Counted from the first letter of the stretch, positions 49,953-62,299 are shown. The stretch is DNA of 64,000 bases from an uncultured virus (IMG/VR IMGVR_UViG_2061766007_000136) (IMGVR_UViG_2061766007_000136); one strand, 5' to 3'. Translations and numbers: made by a program. The notes: generated from the sequence alone by a model not told the origin.

Positions 49953-51008
49953 ATGAGTTTCAACGAGATTCTAATCAAGAACACGGTTTTCAAGGAGCGC
50001 ATCACCAATGTCGCTGGTGTCGCTGTCGTACCAGACTACACCGCACCGCAGGGCACGTTGCTTGAGCGGTTGCACGGCAATCCGAACATCCATGAGAAGG
50101 CGTTCGGCGAAGACGGACGGTACTCGTCCTTCAATTTCACCCGCGACGCTTTCAACAACGGTACGTGGAATGACGAGACCATCAAGGCTCGCGGGCTGTT
50201 CATCGACAACAAGAGCAACCGAGTCGTGGCTCGCGGGTTCGAGAAGTTCTTTGGCTACAAGGAGCGTCAGTTCAACACCGATGAATTCCTGAAGCAGAAT
50301 TTGGTCTATCCCGTCACGGCGTACACCAAGTACAATGGATTCCTCGGCATTCTCGGCTACGGCGACGAGGGGCTTCTGTTCTGCTCCAAGTCCACCATCG
50401 ACGGCGAGTTCGCGGAATACTTCAAGACCATCTTCAAGGATGGTGGCTACGACGAGGAGAAGTTGCTCAAGTACATGCGTGAGAACAACGTCGGATTAGT
50501 GTTCGAGGTCATCGACCCCGTGAACGACCCGCACATCGTCGAGTACGACAAGAGCGAAATCATCCTGCTCGACGTAATCTCCTTGCAGGAGAAGTGGAAG
50601 GACTTGCCCTACGACGAGCTGGTTGCTTTCGGCAAGGACTTCGGCTTCAAGGTCAAGGAGAAGTTCCGCGAATTCAATGACTGGGAGACCCTGCACGAGT
50701 TCCTGAACCAAGTCGCTGGCGACACCAAAACCCGAATCGAAGGCTACGTCATGGTGGACGCACAGGGCTACCAATTCAAGCTCAAGGGAGCGTGGTACCG
50801 CAAGTGGAAGGACTTGCGCACGTTCAAGCAACAGATTGGCAACGGTCATGGAATCAAGAAGTTCTCGTCCGTCCAGTCCCCCTTGAAGATTGCGTTCATA
50901 GGCTGGGCGGTCAAGAAGGGGAAGGACTACTGCGCGGAGCGGAGCATCATCCAGTTGCGCAACGAGTTTGAGAAGGAGCATGTCTTCACGGAGACAAAGG
51001 AGGACTGA
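49953..51008 (+). CDS. RNA ligase (T4 Rnl1-like)
   Basis: ARGLF, ARGFEKFF, KYNG motif I, FEVIDP, EGYV motif IV, FKLK motif V. Confidence 0.88.
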   Translation: MSFNEILIKNTVFKERITNVAGVAVVPDYTAPQGTLLERLHGNPNIHEKAFGEDGRYSSFNFTRDAFNNGTWNDETIKARGLFIDNKSNRVVARGFEKFFGYKERQFNTDEFLKQNLVYPVTAYTKYNGFLGILGYGDEGLLFCSKSTIDGEFAEYFKTIFKDGGYDEEKLLKYMRENNVGLVFEVIDPVNDPHIVEYDKSEIILLDVISLQEKWKDLPYDELVAFGKDFGFKVKEKFREFNDWETLHEFLNQVAGDTKTRIEGYVMVDAQGYQFKLKGAWYRKWKDLRTFKQQIGNGHGIKKFSSVQSPLKIAFIGWAVKKGKDYCAERSIIQLRNEFEKEHVFTETKED

Positions 51009-51012
51009 CACC

Positions 51013-51309
51013 ATGCAGAACTTCAAGTTGTTCGTCTGTTTTCTCGCTCTCGCGGTTCTCATCTTCTTCGTGTTCTGCATTTCCCATGCTGGCAATTCGG
51101 TGATTGACAGTGAGCGGAATGTTAAATACGAGACGACGGCGATGATTAAGTTGCCTGACGGCAATGTAGTGACAGTGGAAGTGTCTAAAATCGTCTGCTC
51201 TCGCAGGGATTCGACGATTGAAATCGTCTCCAGCGACGGCACGGTGCATTGCACTTCTCCTGAAAACTGCTACATTGTCCAGAAGACAACAAAAGTCGAA
51301 AAGAAATAA
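51013..51309 (+). CDS. small membrane-anchored protein
   Basis: AAGGAGG SD; N-terminal TM. Confidence 0.75.
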   Translation: MQNFKLFVCFLALAVLIFFVFCISHAGNSVIDSERNVKYETTAMIKLPDGNVVTVEVSKIVCSRRDSTIEIVSSDGTVHCTSPENCYIVQKTTKVEKK

Positions 51310-51328
51310 ACTTCTCCTGCTCATGCAC

Positions 51329-51367
51329 AAAAGCCACGGCGGTAATATGACATACCGCCGTGGCTTT
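51329..51367. terminator. strong hairpin/terminator
   Basis: AAAGCCACGGCGGTA...TACCGCCGTGGCTTT. Confidence 0.75.
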
Positions 51368-51421
51368 ATTGTATAATAAGCATGTTGGATTAAACTTGTT
51401 TTTTTAAAGAAAATTATAAAT

Positions 51422-51517
51422 ATGTCGAACATCAGCAGGAAACCATATTGGATTAAAGGCAACAATAGGATACCTTCTGGATGGACGGTCGTAAGAGAGC
51501 AAAACGAGGGAAAATAA
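51422..51517 (+). pseudogene. 31-aa remnant of a BspA-type LRR gene C-terminus
   Basis: KGNNRIPSGWTVVRE vs KGINRIPTNWTAVRK at the end of 52475-58170. Confidence 0.6.
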
Positions 51518-51648
51518 CAAACTATTGATATTTTCCATGTAATAGAAAGAATATGGCACCACAGTGACAAACCGTATTATCACTGTGGTTTGCCGTATAA
51601 TAGGTTCATGGATTAAAACAAATTTCATCATATCATAGGGAAAGAATC

Positions 51649-52449
51649 ATGTCAAGGCAGAACGGACTACATTTTTTTGACCCGTCAAAGGAAGCACTGC
51701 TTGCGAAGGACGGTGTAATCGAAAATCCTTACGACGGTTCGAGACTTTATAATCTGAAGCCAGCGTCGATTATCGTCAAATTTTCAAAGAACAACTCGAC
51801 TGGCGTATTGTGGTCGTATGCGAACAACACGTCGGTGGCGACCATCACGCACTCGATGAACTGCTATCCGATTGTTCAGGTGTACGACGAAAGCGGTCTT
51901 CAGGTGTATCCGAACATCATCATTGTGTCTGGAACGGAATTCAAGCTGGATTTCTGCGAGCCTACCAACCCGATTCCAGACAATGCGACATGGACTTGCA
52001 CTGTGACGTTCGGGGCAGAATACAGTGGCTCAGATGCCACATTCACGACGGACATGGAGACGATGGCTGATATGATGCAGGGCTTCGTGGAGCAGGCAGC
52101 AGAAGCCGCGCAGGCGGCGCAGACGGCGTTTCAAGACCAAGTCAAGACGACTATCAGAAACACAAATGCCGTTTCGCTTATCGTGTCCCCAGGCGAGTAC
52201 GTGAAGTGGACGCTCGCCAGCGACGGGGTCATCATCGCAGACATGAACGGGATGACTGGAAAGGCTGGCTCGGCAAAGGTTATCATAGACATCGGCGAGT
52301 ATTCCGTCACGTGTGGCAACGGTCTCCAGTTCAGAGTGGACGGCTTCGGAAGAACCGATTCCTTGTATGCCAACAAGGTGAACGAATGCATGGTCGAATG
52401 GGATGGGACTGGCATCGCAAGACTTGTCGTTCTCGGTACGCTTGAGTAA
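51649..52449 (+). CDS. putative virion structural/tail-associated protein
   Basis: ITHSMNCYPIVQVYD beta-rich motif; precedes the LRR gene. Confidence 0.6.
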   Translation: MSRQNGLHFFDPSKEALLAKDGVIENPYDGSRLYNLKPASIIVKFSKNNSTGVLWSYANNTSVATITHSMNCYPIVQVYDESGLQVYPNIIIVSGTEFKLDFCEPTNPIPDNATWTCTVTFGAEYSGSDATFTTDMETMADMMQGFVEQAAEAAQAAQTAFQDQVKTTIRNTNAVSLIVSPGEYVKWTLASDGVIIADMNGMTGKAGSAKVIIDIGEYSVTCGNGLQFRVDGFGRTDSLYANKVNECMVEWDGTGIARLVVLGTLE

Positions 52450-52474
52450 AACACATTTATTTTAAGGGTGACAT

Positions 52475-55400
52475 ATGAAGCAAATCAACAATAAGCATGT
52501 CGGGTTCTGGCTTGGCGACAATAAGGACTCCTATGACAAGAAGAACAGGGAAAGCAGAAAGAACAACAAGTACCTCACTTTTGAAGCATTGGAAAACAAC
52601 TCTTCTATTTCGCTCAGGAAAATCGGAACTCCTAGCGCAATCAATATGAAGTATAGTCTCGACGGTGGCGTGACTTGGATTCAATACGCGCTTGGGACAA
52701 AACTTTACATTGACAAAGGTCAGACAATCATGTTTCTTGGAACAGGAACATCCATGTCTGCCAATACGTCAAGTTATTACCAGTTTATCATTCCGAACAG
52801 GATGGATGTATACGGGAACGTGGCTTCACTGGTGAATTTCAACACATACGCTGGAAGTTATATGTTCTATCGCCTGTTCTACAATGCAAGCATAACAAGG
52901 GCGCATGACTTGAAAGTGCAATCCAATGTTTCATCCTATTCCTATATGAGAATGTTTGAAAACTGTACGCAACTTGTCTCTGCACCAGAACTTCCAGCCA
53001 CAACTGTCCAATCATACAGTTATTATGAGATGTTTTTAAACTGCACCTCCTTGATGACTGCTCCGATTTTGCCAGCCCCGAAGATGATAACGACGTATTC
53101 TTATTACAGGATGTTCTACGGATGCGTTTCTCTTCGAAGCGTGACCGTTTACTGCATGAACACGTTTGGCTACAACACGTGCTTTGCCAACTGGCTGGAC
53201 GGAACGGCAAGTCATGGAACAATCTACAAGCCGTCTGTATTGGATTTTCCAAGCGCATACATACCTTCTGGATGGACTGTCGAGAATATACCAGCGGAAA
53301 CGGTTACGTTCCAGAGTGAAAATGAAGTCCACCGTCTTTCGAACTTCACTGGAACCGCCAAGTTTTCATCCTACAACAAGCCTTCGTTCCTGAAGATAGC
53401 TAGCAACGGAGATGTTTCAATCATAGGCAAGTTCACAAAGTTCAATGACATATTCTATCTTGTCATCAAAAGGGAAAATGAACTCAATGAATATCGGCTT
53501 GTTGAATTCCTATATCTCCAGAACTGCCTCAAGTTCACGGCGACGCAACCCAATTCAAGCGTTGGGTTCGGTTCTGCTGGCACGTCGAAATGGACGGTCA
53601 ACAACACGTTCTACTACAGTCTGGACGACGGGAGGAATTGGATTGAATACGAAAATCCAAGCAACACGGACTATGCTACATGCCAGATGATTAGTCTTCC
53701 AAATGTGGGCGACAGTGTGACGTTCAGAGGAACAAATAAAAACTTCAATGAAAACGGTACGACAAGATACATGCGATTTAAGATGACAGGCAAGATTTCT
53801 GCATTTGGAAGCATATTTTCATTGATTGGGTTCTACAACGGAAATGCTCCATCCTACTCGTTTTACCATCTTTTTGAAAACTGTACTTCCCTTGTCAAAG
53901 CACCAGAAATGAACTCGCTTGCAGTAAATTCCTACTGCTATCGTGGAATGTTCATCAACTGCACTTCCTTGACAGAGCCTCCTCTTCTTATTGCAACCGA
54001 CATATACGCATATTGCTACGCCAACATGTTCCAGGGTTGCACGGCGTTGACGAAAACCCCGATTCTTCCAGCAACAATAATTCGTGAAGGCTCATATTAT
54101 CAGATGTTCGAGGGATGCACGGCATTGACAATAGCACCAGTCCTTCCAGGAACAACGGTTTATGGATATGGTTATTACAGGATGTTCGCTGGATGCACGG
54201 CATTGACTGATGCGCGTACCGTCATTCACGGAACAAGTCTTTCTGGTAGCTATCATTACAAGGAAATGTTCTATGGTTGCACATCGCTTGTGACTGCTCC
54301 AAGACTGAATGCTGGAACGCTTGCACCTGGATGCTACGAGCGCATGTTCTACGGATGCGCGAATCTGAATTACGTTGCGACATCTGCTACGGCATGGAGA
54401 GAAGGCTCTACGACTGAATGGCTTGAGGGCGTTTCGCCGACGGGGGCGTTCCGTTGCTCGAATGCGTTCCTTCCAGTTATAACAGGCGATAATTACATTC
54501 CGACTGGATGGAAAATCCAGATGCAGAACAACGCCGAGAAAATCGAAGCCGACTATCTCGACTACCTCGACTTGACAAAGTACCTATATATTTCAGCAAC
54601 TACAGTCAATTATATTACGATGGACAAGGTGACCATAACGTCCAACACGCTCCCAAGTGGTCTCTCTTTGAACAACGGGATACTCACTGGGGCAATATCC
54701 GAGGACAAGCAATTCACCGTGACCGCGTCCACGGACGTGAACACATGGGAAGTCCCCGTGAGACTGCGCAAGGTCTCATATGCAGACTCGCTGAAATTCA
54801 CCGCGACGGAGGCTAATTCGAAGATAAAACTCATCAGGTCTGGCTCTCCAGCAGCAATCACATGCTTTTACAGCCTTGACGACGGAACCACATGGAACAG
54901 CTACGCCGTCACGACGTCGTCGGCGGTAATCACGCTGGTGAACATCGGGGACACGGTGATGTTCCGTTGCACGACAAGGACTTTGAGCACCAACAGCAGC
55001 CACTACTACCGTTTCGTCATGGACGCTGGTGGCTTCAATGCGTCTGGGCATCTTTCCAGTCTCTGTAATTTCCATGATGCATGCACGGTTAATTATCAGT
55101 TTATCCAATTGTTTAACGGTTGCACAAGATTGCATGAAGCAAGAATTCGTCTTCATTCTGCAATGACAAGCTATTGTTATCAAAGTCTGTTCATTTATTG
55201 TTCTAATCTTACTGTCACTCCAGAATTGTATTGCATGCAATTAAAATCGTACTGCTATTATCAAATGTTCTATGGTTGCACGTCGCTAGTTAATGCTCCT
55301 GAACTTCCTGCGACAACCATGATTGATTATTGTTACTCATCGTTGTTCTACGGTTGCACGTCACTGGTTAATGCTCCTGAACTTCCTGCGAAAATACTTG

Positions 55401-58170
55401 CTACTGGTTGCTATCAGCAAATGTTTTACAATTGCAGTTCTCTTACTACGGCTCCAGAATTACCAGTAACATATCTTTTGAGCAATTGCTATCTAAGAAT
55501 GTTCGCTGGATGCACATCATTAGTCACGGCTCCCGAACTTCCANNNNNNNNNNNNNNNNNNNNNNNNNNNNNNNNNNNNNNNNNNGCACATCGCTTGTAA
55601 ATACCCCAGATTTGCCAGCAGTCACATATTCGTCCTCTCATCGTGGGATATTCTATAATTGCAAAAGTCTGAAAAGCGTCAGAGTAATGGCATATAATAC
55701 TTTTAATATCAGCAATACAAGGATATTTCTTTTTGGGTGCGCAAATAATGGCAAACTTGTGTTGCTCCATCCTTATGCCACTCCAGTATTCAGTGAATCA
55801 TATGGCATTCCATCCAATTGGTACTGTGAAGACGCAAACGGAAAGATTCTTGGAATAGGAGCAAGCCCAATTTCAGAAATTGGATTGCTTGAAGGCGAGA
55901 CAATTAACTATCAACTTACATGTGGCAAACCAGATGGACATACGGTGACATTTGAAGCTGTCAGCCCTCCTACTGGCGTATCTGTGTCTTCTTCTGGATT
56001 GATTACTGGTAGTTGCCCAAATGACGAGTCATTTGTTGTAAATGTTCTTTTTGACGGGGTTTTCCAAAAAGTATCCAGAATATTCATAAATCACGCCACA
56101 ATAGAAGATTGTCTTAAATTGACAAATGTTCACACAAGTTCATCAACAGTCAGGCTCAGCAAGAATTACTTTCCGAGGGAAGTCAGATTGCAATATAGTC
56201 TTGACGAAGGAGAAACATGGGATTCATTTGTATATGGCACAAGTGTCACAGTTCCAAAAGACAAAAGCATTCTTATACGAAACCTTGACGATTTTTTCAA
56301 TACGGAATATGATGTATCGTCTTATTTTTCCATGTCTGGCAATTTCAAAGCCAGTGGGAGTATCTCGTCCCTTGTCAATTTCAGTAAAAATATAAATTAT
56401 GATTTCGAGTTTACAAGAATATTTATAAGTTGCACGGCATTGTCTTCTGTTGAAGATTTGATTCTTCCATACGAGACAATGGGATATTACACATATTACT
56501 ACATGTTCTATGGATGCACGAATATCACAACTCCTCCTGCCTTGCCAGCGACCAAAATGGGGGAAGGTTGCTATTATGGCATGTTCATTAATTGCTCAAA
56601 ATTAACAAGAACTCCAGAATTTCCTGCATTGATACTTGCTACTTCATGTTATTTAAACATGTTCCAAGGTTGCACTTCACTTACTGAAGTAAGTCCATTA
56701 CCAGCAAAGGAGTTGAAATCATCATGCTATTATTCGATGTTTTCTGGTTGCAAGGCATTAACAAATGCGCCTGTATTACCTGCAACAACAATGGCAAGTT
56801 CGTCTTATCAGTCCATGTTCTACAATTGCACATCCCTTGTTGAACCACCAGAACTTCCTGCCACTGAATTAAACACATATTGTTATTATCAAATGTTTGA
56901 TGGTTGCTCAAAACTTGCAAGAATGCCAGAACTGAAAGCGACAGTCACGAAGAATTATTGTTATTGGTATATGTTCAGAAATTGCACTTCCCTTACTGAA
57001 ACGACATGGATGCCAGAGGATACAACCAATTACGCCCATAGATACATGTTCTCTGGATGCAAAAACCTGTCTCTCATCAGAAGCAATTTAAAAACAGTTA
57101 GTCAATACAACAACCTTGAATGGGTGAAAGGGGTTGCTCAAAATGGAGTGTTTGTGAAAAATCCACAACTTGTGAATACATTTACAGACTATGCCATTCC
57201 ACCAGGATGGACTGTGAAGAACGAAGTTGTTGTGGGAAACAACAATTTCACACAGGTTTTTGGAACATCATCCATAACGCTTAATTGCACATGTGATTCG
57301 TCTTCACTTGTGTTCACATCGGACGACATCCCGAATGCGCTATCGCTCAATCCAAACGGCACGATAACCAACGTGTCTGCTGTCGAAAATATGAAGTACA
57401 CATTCCATGTAACGGCAACTCCGACGGATACCGACATTGCGCCTGCCACATTCATTGTATATGTGTCATACAGGGCTGACATATTGAGGTTCAAGGCGAC
57501 ACAAGACGGCTCATCCATAGGGTTTGGCACACATTCCTCGACATTTACAACTGACAACCATTTCTATTATTCGCTTGATGAAGGTTTGACATGGACGGAA
57601 TATATGAACCCATCCAGTAAAAAATACACCGCATGCGAAATGATAGGCGTGCCGAACGGGAGCACAATATACATTCGTGGAATAACCAATAATTTAGGCT
57701 ATGCAGATGGAAATTGCTTTACGTTCAGGATGACTGGTCTTTTCGAAGCATCTGGAAGCATCATGTCGCTTATCAATTTTGAGGAAGAGATACCAAGCGA
57801 ATATTGCTTTGCTCGTCTGTTTTATGACTGCACTTCGCTTGTCACTGGGCCAGAGACACCAGCGACGAGTCTTATGGTCAGGTGTTATCAGAGCATGTAC
57901 TACAATTGCTCCAATCTCACAACCGTGTCGGAACTCCCAGCAAAGAAACTCATGTATTATTGCTACTATTACATGTTCTATCAATGCAACAAACTTACAG
58001 GCATAACAGCAAGTTTCGACAGTTGGACTTCTGTAAATGGAACATATAATTGGGTTAATGGAATAACAAACAATTTTGGTGTATTTACAACAAAATCATC
58101 AACACTTCCCATTACTGAAAAGGGAATAAACAGGATTCCGACCAACTGGACGGCTGTGAGAAAGTCTTAA
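52475..58170 (+). CDS. Giant BspA-type leucine-rich-repeat protein, five modules (spans N-gap ~55544-55585); putative receptor-binding protein
   Basis: Many CYxxMFxGCTSLxxAPELPAT repeats on both sides of the gap; five YSLDxGxxW domains. Confidence 0.85.
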
Positions 58171-58195
58171 AGCCAACATACAAGGAGAAAATATC

Positions 58196-58627
58196 ATGAA
58201 GGAAATCAAGAACTATTACGACCCAGACGGCAACAGGCACGATTCATTGCCTGGGACATGGAACAACATCTCTCCGTTCACTGAACGGGTCGCCATCGCC
58301 CACGGATGGAGCATCGAGACATACCAGTTCGACGACGACGAACCAGTGGAAAAGGATGACACGGACTTCAGAAGCGCATGCGCAGCATTCCGCGCCGTAT
58401 GCGCCGAAATCGGTGAATTCATCGGTGTGGACAATTTCAAGGGTGGTTTCGACGACTATCCGACTTTCATCAATTCGGTCGCTGCCGAACGCTCGAAGGC
58501 GACTGCTTCATTGCTTGCTGCCAAGTGGAACGGATTGAATGAGCTGTGCCGTTATGAGGCTGGCAAGCTCGGTCTCGGCACTCCAGAATGGTGGTATAAA
58601 TGCTGGCAGATGGTCGAAGAAGTGTAA
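58196..58627 (+). CDS. hypothetical protein downstream of LRR gene
   Basis: AAGGAG SD. Confidence 0.75.
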   Translation: MKEIKNYYDPDGNRHDSLPGTWNNISPFTERVAIAHGWSIETYQFDDDEPVEKDDTDFRSACAAFRAVCAEIGEFIGVDNFKGGFDDYPTFINSVAAERSKATASLLAAKWNGLNELCRYEAGKLGLGTPEWWYKCWQMVEEV

Positions 58628-58649
58628 CCAAATATACATAAGTGCTTAC

Positions 58650-58716
58650 AGCCACGCGGGAATTTTCATCTTCGCGTGGCTTTTTTATTTGACTTTTCCA
58701 AAACATGCAGGATATT
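58650..58716 (+). terminator. terminator + promoter cassette
   Basis: AGCCACGCG...CGCGTGGCTTTTTT then TTGACT-N16-GATATT. Confidence 0.7.
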
Positions 58717-58757
58717 AATAGGCAAAGTCCACATTAGCAAAAGGAAAAGCCGAAATC

Positions 58758-61700
58758 ATGGAAACAGCAGGAATAGAAAACACCGAGAAAATCTTGAAGA
58801 TGGTCGGATTCAGCAAATTTTTCGAATACGACAAAAACAAAGAAGCATTCTACAGCAAGGAATTCACGGCGAGAAACGGTTTGAAAGCCCGTTTCAAGCT
58901 GACACAGCACAAGGCTGGAAAGCACAACGACCTAGTGCGTGATGCGAAAATCTGGAAGCTTTTTGAATTTTTCAAGGGCGAAGACATGCTGTTGTGGAAC
59001 GAACACAATCGTAAGATAGAGGAAAGCAGTCCTGAAAAAGGAAAAAAGACGCTCTACAGGTCTGGCACGTTCATCAAGCTCCAACTGAACAATCTCCCAT
59101 TCCTGATTCATTTTCATTTTGGCGATGATGAATTTGAAGTACAGAGAGTCCCAGACGGGCAGAAAGCCAAATGCCCTACCCTTGCAGAGGCAATCAATTT
59201 CATCCTTCTTGAATCCAAAGACAAAAAATACAAGAAATTCTCCAAGGCATTCGACAACGAGCTTGATTTTCTTCACAATAATTCCACTGTGCAGTGGAAA
59301 TGCGAAGTCAAGTTCAGCGACGGAAAACCGTATCATGACTACTTGTGGATGACGGAGCACACGGAATGGGCGTATTCCTTCATGCAGGCATTTCAGACGG
59401 CATGTGCCAGCGAGATAGGTTGCGAGCAGGTTGAAAAGGACAACGGGGAAATCGAAAAATTCCCGCTGATGGAAATCCACTACAGCCACCGCCACGGCGA
59501 CAGCTTCCCAGTAAGGTACGTCGCCACGGGAGCATACAAGGACTTGATACTCAGCAAATGCTGGCTCCGCAACGTATTCGACGACAACACCTATGTCACG
59601 ACCATACCTTATGATAAAGGGGATGTCATCGGTCGCGGATACTGCAAGATGGAAGTGCTCAAGCCTTTCAACGGGTACATCGTGTACGAGGATTTCAAGG
59701 AGAAGTTGCATCAAACATGGGGAACGCATGTCATCATACCCGCATTTGACGGATGCGTGGAGATAAGCAATTACAGTTGGCATCTGTACGACTTGCTCAA
59801 GAATGACGAGAACAATTTCGACGAGAAGAAAGTCTTTGAAGCCACCTTGTTGAATTATGTGAACAATGTCAACGGGAGGGATAACGACTATGATAAGCAG
59901 ATGAACGAGGAAAAAATAAAAGAGCATCTGTCATATAAGCGGGTCAATTGCCATCTTGTCAATTATGACGCGGGAGACTCCGTTCTGGATTACGGTTATG
60001 AAGAAGACGAAATTGAACAAAGTTTCTTCGGGTCGAATTTGAAAAAGGTCTACAAGCGACCTGACGGGCTTTTGGAATTCATCAGGAGCAATTTGAAGCT
60101 CGGAGATTTCGTCGAGTACAAGTCGGTGACTCAGAAGGAGATTGATGAACAGGAGGAATTCAGACATGTCGGGCAGTACAATTCAGACAAACCGCATGAA
60201 GAATACAGGACGAAATGGCTGTTTGAATTCGGGTCTGAAAAGAACGAAAAACAGTTCCCTCTGGTGTACAAGGCATTCAGGGACGCTGGCTTCAATCCTC
60301 CGACTCATAAAGAAGCCCTCAAGATGATTGAGAAAAATGAAAAACTTCTGAAAAAGCAGGATGAGAATGAAGAAAATGCATACAAACGCAAAGTCTTGAA
60401 AAACATTGCCAAGCTGACTACGGACGAGAAGAATGCAATCCTGACTCAATGGATGAATAGGCTTGACCAGTTGTACGCCAACGAAAAAAAGACAAATCCG
60501 TTCCGTTCAAGCAAAGTATACAACTCTTCAACAGACGATGAGAAGATATTCCTTTTCAGCAAAGGAATGAATATATTTGATGATTCAAAGAAGCTGACAG
60601 TAGATGGAACCATTATCTTCTTCGACGAGGACATGAAAAAGAGAAAACCGAGCATCCTTGAAAAGCATTTCATGACATTCGTGCAATGCCTCAAGGACAA
60701 TGGATTCACTGGGTCTTATTCTGATGAGGAAAAAAACCTGTCCATGAAAGCGGACTTCCTTGACGAAGTGACTGGTGAAAATACAAGAATGAATCTGAAA
60801 CGCATCAAAAAATTCTATGAGGAGCCTAATTATTATGATAGAGGGAATCCTGGTTGCATCATGTTCCATGTCAAGATGAAAAACTACATGATTAAACTCC
60901 AGTCCCCGAATCTCGACATGGATGGTCATGTGAATTGCGAGGAAACGCATTTCTTCGACCAGCGGGACGATTCGTTCCTCAACGTAATCAAACGCTTTGT
61001 GGAAGAAAACGGCAACAACAGGAACATTGATTCCGATGCCAAGTACCAACATGATTTCGACGAATGGGACGAAGGGCTACACGCCACGTACTACGGTGCA
61101 ATGGACGAGCACGACGGCGAAGTGCAGACGCGCATCATGAAAGTCGCGTGTAACAACAAGTTCGTCAAGGTCTGCAAGGACTTCCTGAAAGCCATCAGGA
61201 AAGACGAAAGCAAGAAAAACTCGGAGAATAGTTACAAGAACACGTCCGACACATTCCTGCAATGCCTCCGCGACCACGGATTCGGGTTCGAGAAGACTGA
61301 CGGTGAATTCGATGCGGTCAAGAGCGTCCTGAATCTGATTCCGCCAAAGTGGAAAGGTTCTTTCAACGAGAAGAACACGACTTATCATGTCATCGTATCC
61401 AAGAAGGACAAGTACGGAGACAGAAGCATCGGCATCCGCCCGATGCACTGGGAGAGAGACAGGATGTTGCTCGGCACGACGATGACCTTCAACACCAATG
61501 ATGGTTCTTTTGTTGAAACGGTGAAGAATTTGCTTGAAATGATGGACATGTCTCACAGCAAAGACCTTTATGACTATATGAAGAAACTAGAAGGCGACAC
61601 GAGACGGTGCTTCGATGTCAGCATAGCTGAAGAACAGGTCGGAGAAGCGAACAAGCGGTTCAACTTCAACCATCTGGCTGAACAGGCATCGTACAAGGAC

Positions 61701-61775
61701 TTCTACGACGTGCTCATCGACTTCATTGGAAGAATCGGGGAGACATGGAAGCCGAAGAAAGAGTCGGAAGACTGA
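58758..61775 (+). CDS. large hypothetical protein with internal duplication
   Basis: 1005 aa; TFVQCLKDNGF/TFLQCLRDHGF repeats. Confidence 0.8.
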   Translation: METAGIENTEKILKMVGFSKFFEYDKNKEAFYSKEFTARNGLKARFKLTQHKAGKHNDLVRDAKIWKLFEFFKGEDMLLWNEHNRKIEESSPEKGKKTLYRSGTFIKLQLNNLPFLIHFHFGDDEFEVQRVPDGQKAKCPTLAEAINFILLESKDKKYKKFSKAFDNELDFLHNNSTVQWKCEVKFSDGKPYHDYLWMTEHTEWAYSFMQAFQTACASEIGCEQVEKDNGEIEKFPLMEIHYSHRHGDSFPVRYVATGAYKDLILSKCWLRNVFDDNTYVTTIPYDKGDVIGRGYCKMEVLKPFNGYIVYEDFKEKLHQTWGTHVIIPAFDGCVEISNYSWHLYDLLKNDENNFDEKKVFEATLLNYVNNVNGRDNDYDKQMNEEKIKEHLSYKRVNCHLVNYDAGDSVLDYGYEEDEIEQSFFGSNLKKVYKRPDGLLEFIRSNLKLGDFVEYKSVTQKEIDEQEEFRHVGQYNSDKPHEEYRTKWLFEFGSEKNEKQFPLVYKAFRDAGFNPPTHKEALKMIEKNEKLLKKQDENEENAYKRKVLKNIAKLTTDEKNAILTQWMNRLDQLYANEKKTNPFRSSKVYNSSTDDEKIFLFSKGMNIFDDSKKLTVDGTIIFFDEDMKKRKPSILEKHFMTFVQCLKDNGFTGSYSDEEKNLSMKADFLDEVTGENTRMNLKRIKKFYEEPNYYDRGNPGCIMFHVKMKNYMIKLQSPNLDMDGHVNCEETHFFDQRDDSFLNVIKRFVEENGNNRNIDSDAKYQHDFDEWDEGLHATYYGAMDEHDGEVQTRIMKVACNNKFVKVCKDFLKAIRKDESKKNSENSYKNTSDTFLQCLRDHGFGFEKTDGEFDAVKSVLNLIPPKWKGSFNEKNTTYHVIVSKKDKYGDRSIGIRPMHWERDRMLLGTTMTFNTNDGSFVETVKNLLEMMDMSHSKDLYDYMKKLEGDTRRCFDVSIAEEQVGEANKRFNFNHLAEQASYKDFYDVLIDFIGRIGETWKPKKESED

Positions 61776-61793
61776 CACGGACAAGGCGACCAG

Positions 61794-61864
61794 AAGCCAT
61801 GCGGAACAAAAAACAGTATCAGCGTGGCTTTTTTATTTGCATTTCCTGAAATCGGGTGTATATT
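61794..61864 (+). terminator. terminator + promoter cassette
   Basis: AAGCCATGC...GCGTGGCTTTTTT then TTGCAT-N16-TATATT. Confidence 0.7.
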
Positions 61865-61924
61865 ATAGGCGTAGGGCAATTCAAGCACAACATCAACAAG
61901 AACACTAACCAAAGGAGAAGCACA

Positions 61925-62299
61925 ATGTTTTTTATCAGCAAAATGGTCTGCGAGCAGAAGAAGGTTCCGTCGCTGTATGGCGGTATTGCGATTGAGAGTT
62001 TGAAAGAGGCAAAGGACTACGTCAAGTTCGACATAAACAAAAATCTACAGCAGTATGACGTGAAAAAATCGACGACGAAGAAAGACGGCGATGGTTGCAT
62101 GATTATTGTCGAGTTCGCCGACAAGGGGTTCGCCGTCTATAAGGTCGGCAAGCTTCGCGTGGCGCAAAAGAAGGGGAGCAAACCGAAGACCGTCTCAAGA
62201 CGCCAAAGACGAAGCGGTGGTTTGGACTCCGTCGAGGAGGCGATTGAGGACGCAAGGTATATCGCCGAAGTGAACGATTATATCAACAAGCACTGTTGA
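61925..62299 (+). CDS. basic hypothetical protein
   Basis: AAGGAG SD. Confidence 0.75.
   Translation: MFFISKMVCEQKKVPSLYGGIAIESLKEAKDYVKFDINKNLQQYDVKKSTTKKDGDGCMIIVEFADKGFAVYKVGKLRVAQKKGSKPKTVSRRQRRSGGLDSVEEAIEDARYIAEVNDYINKHC

Noticed and set aside
3750..55585. Frameshifts in argS, lemA and the LRR gene as programmed frameshifts or pseudogenes
   Set aside because: Each break coincides with an N-gap of uncertain length.
52475..58170. Diversity-generating retroelement target
   Set aside because: No reverse transcriptase and no adenine-specific template/variable repeat pair seen.
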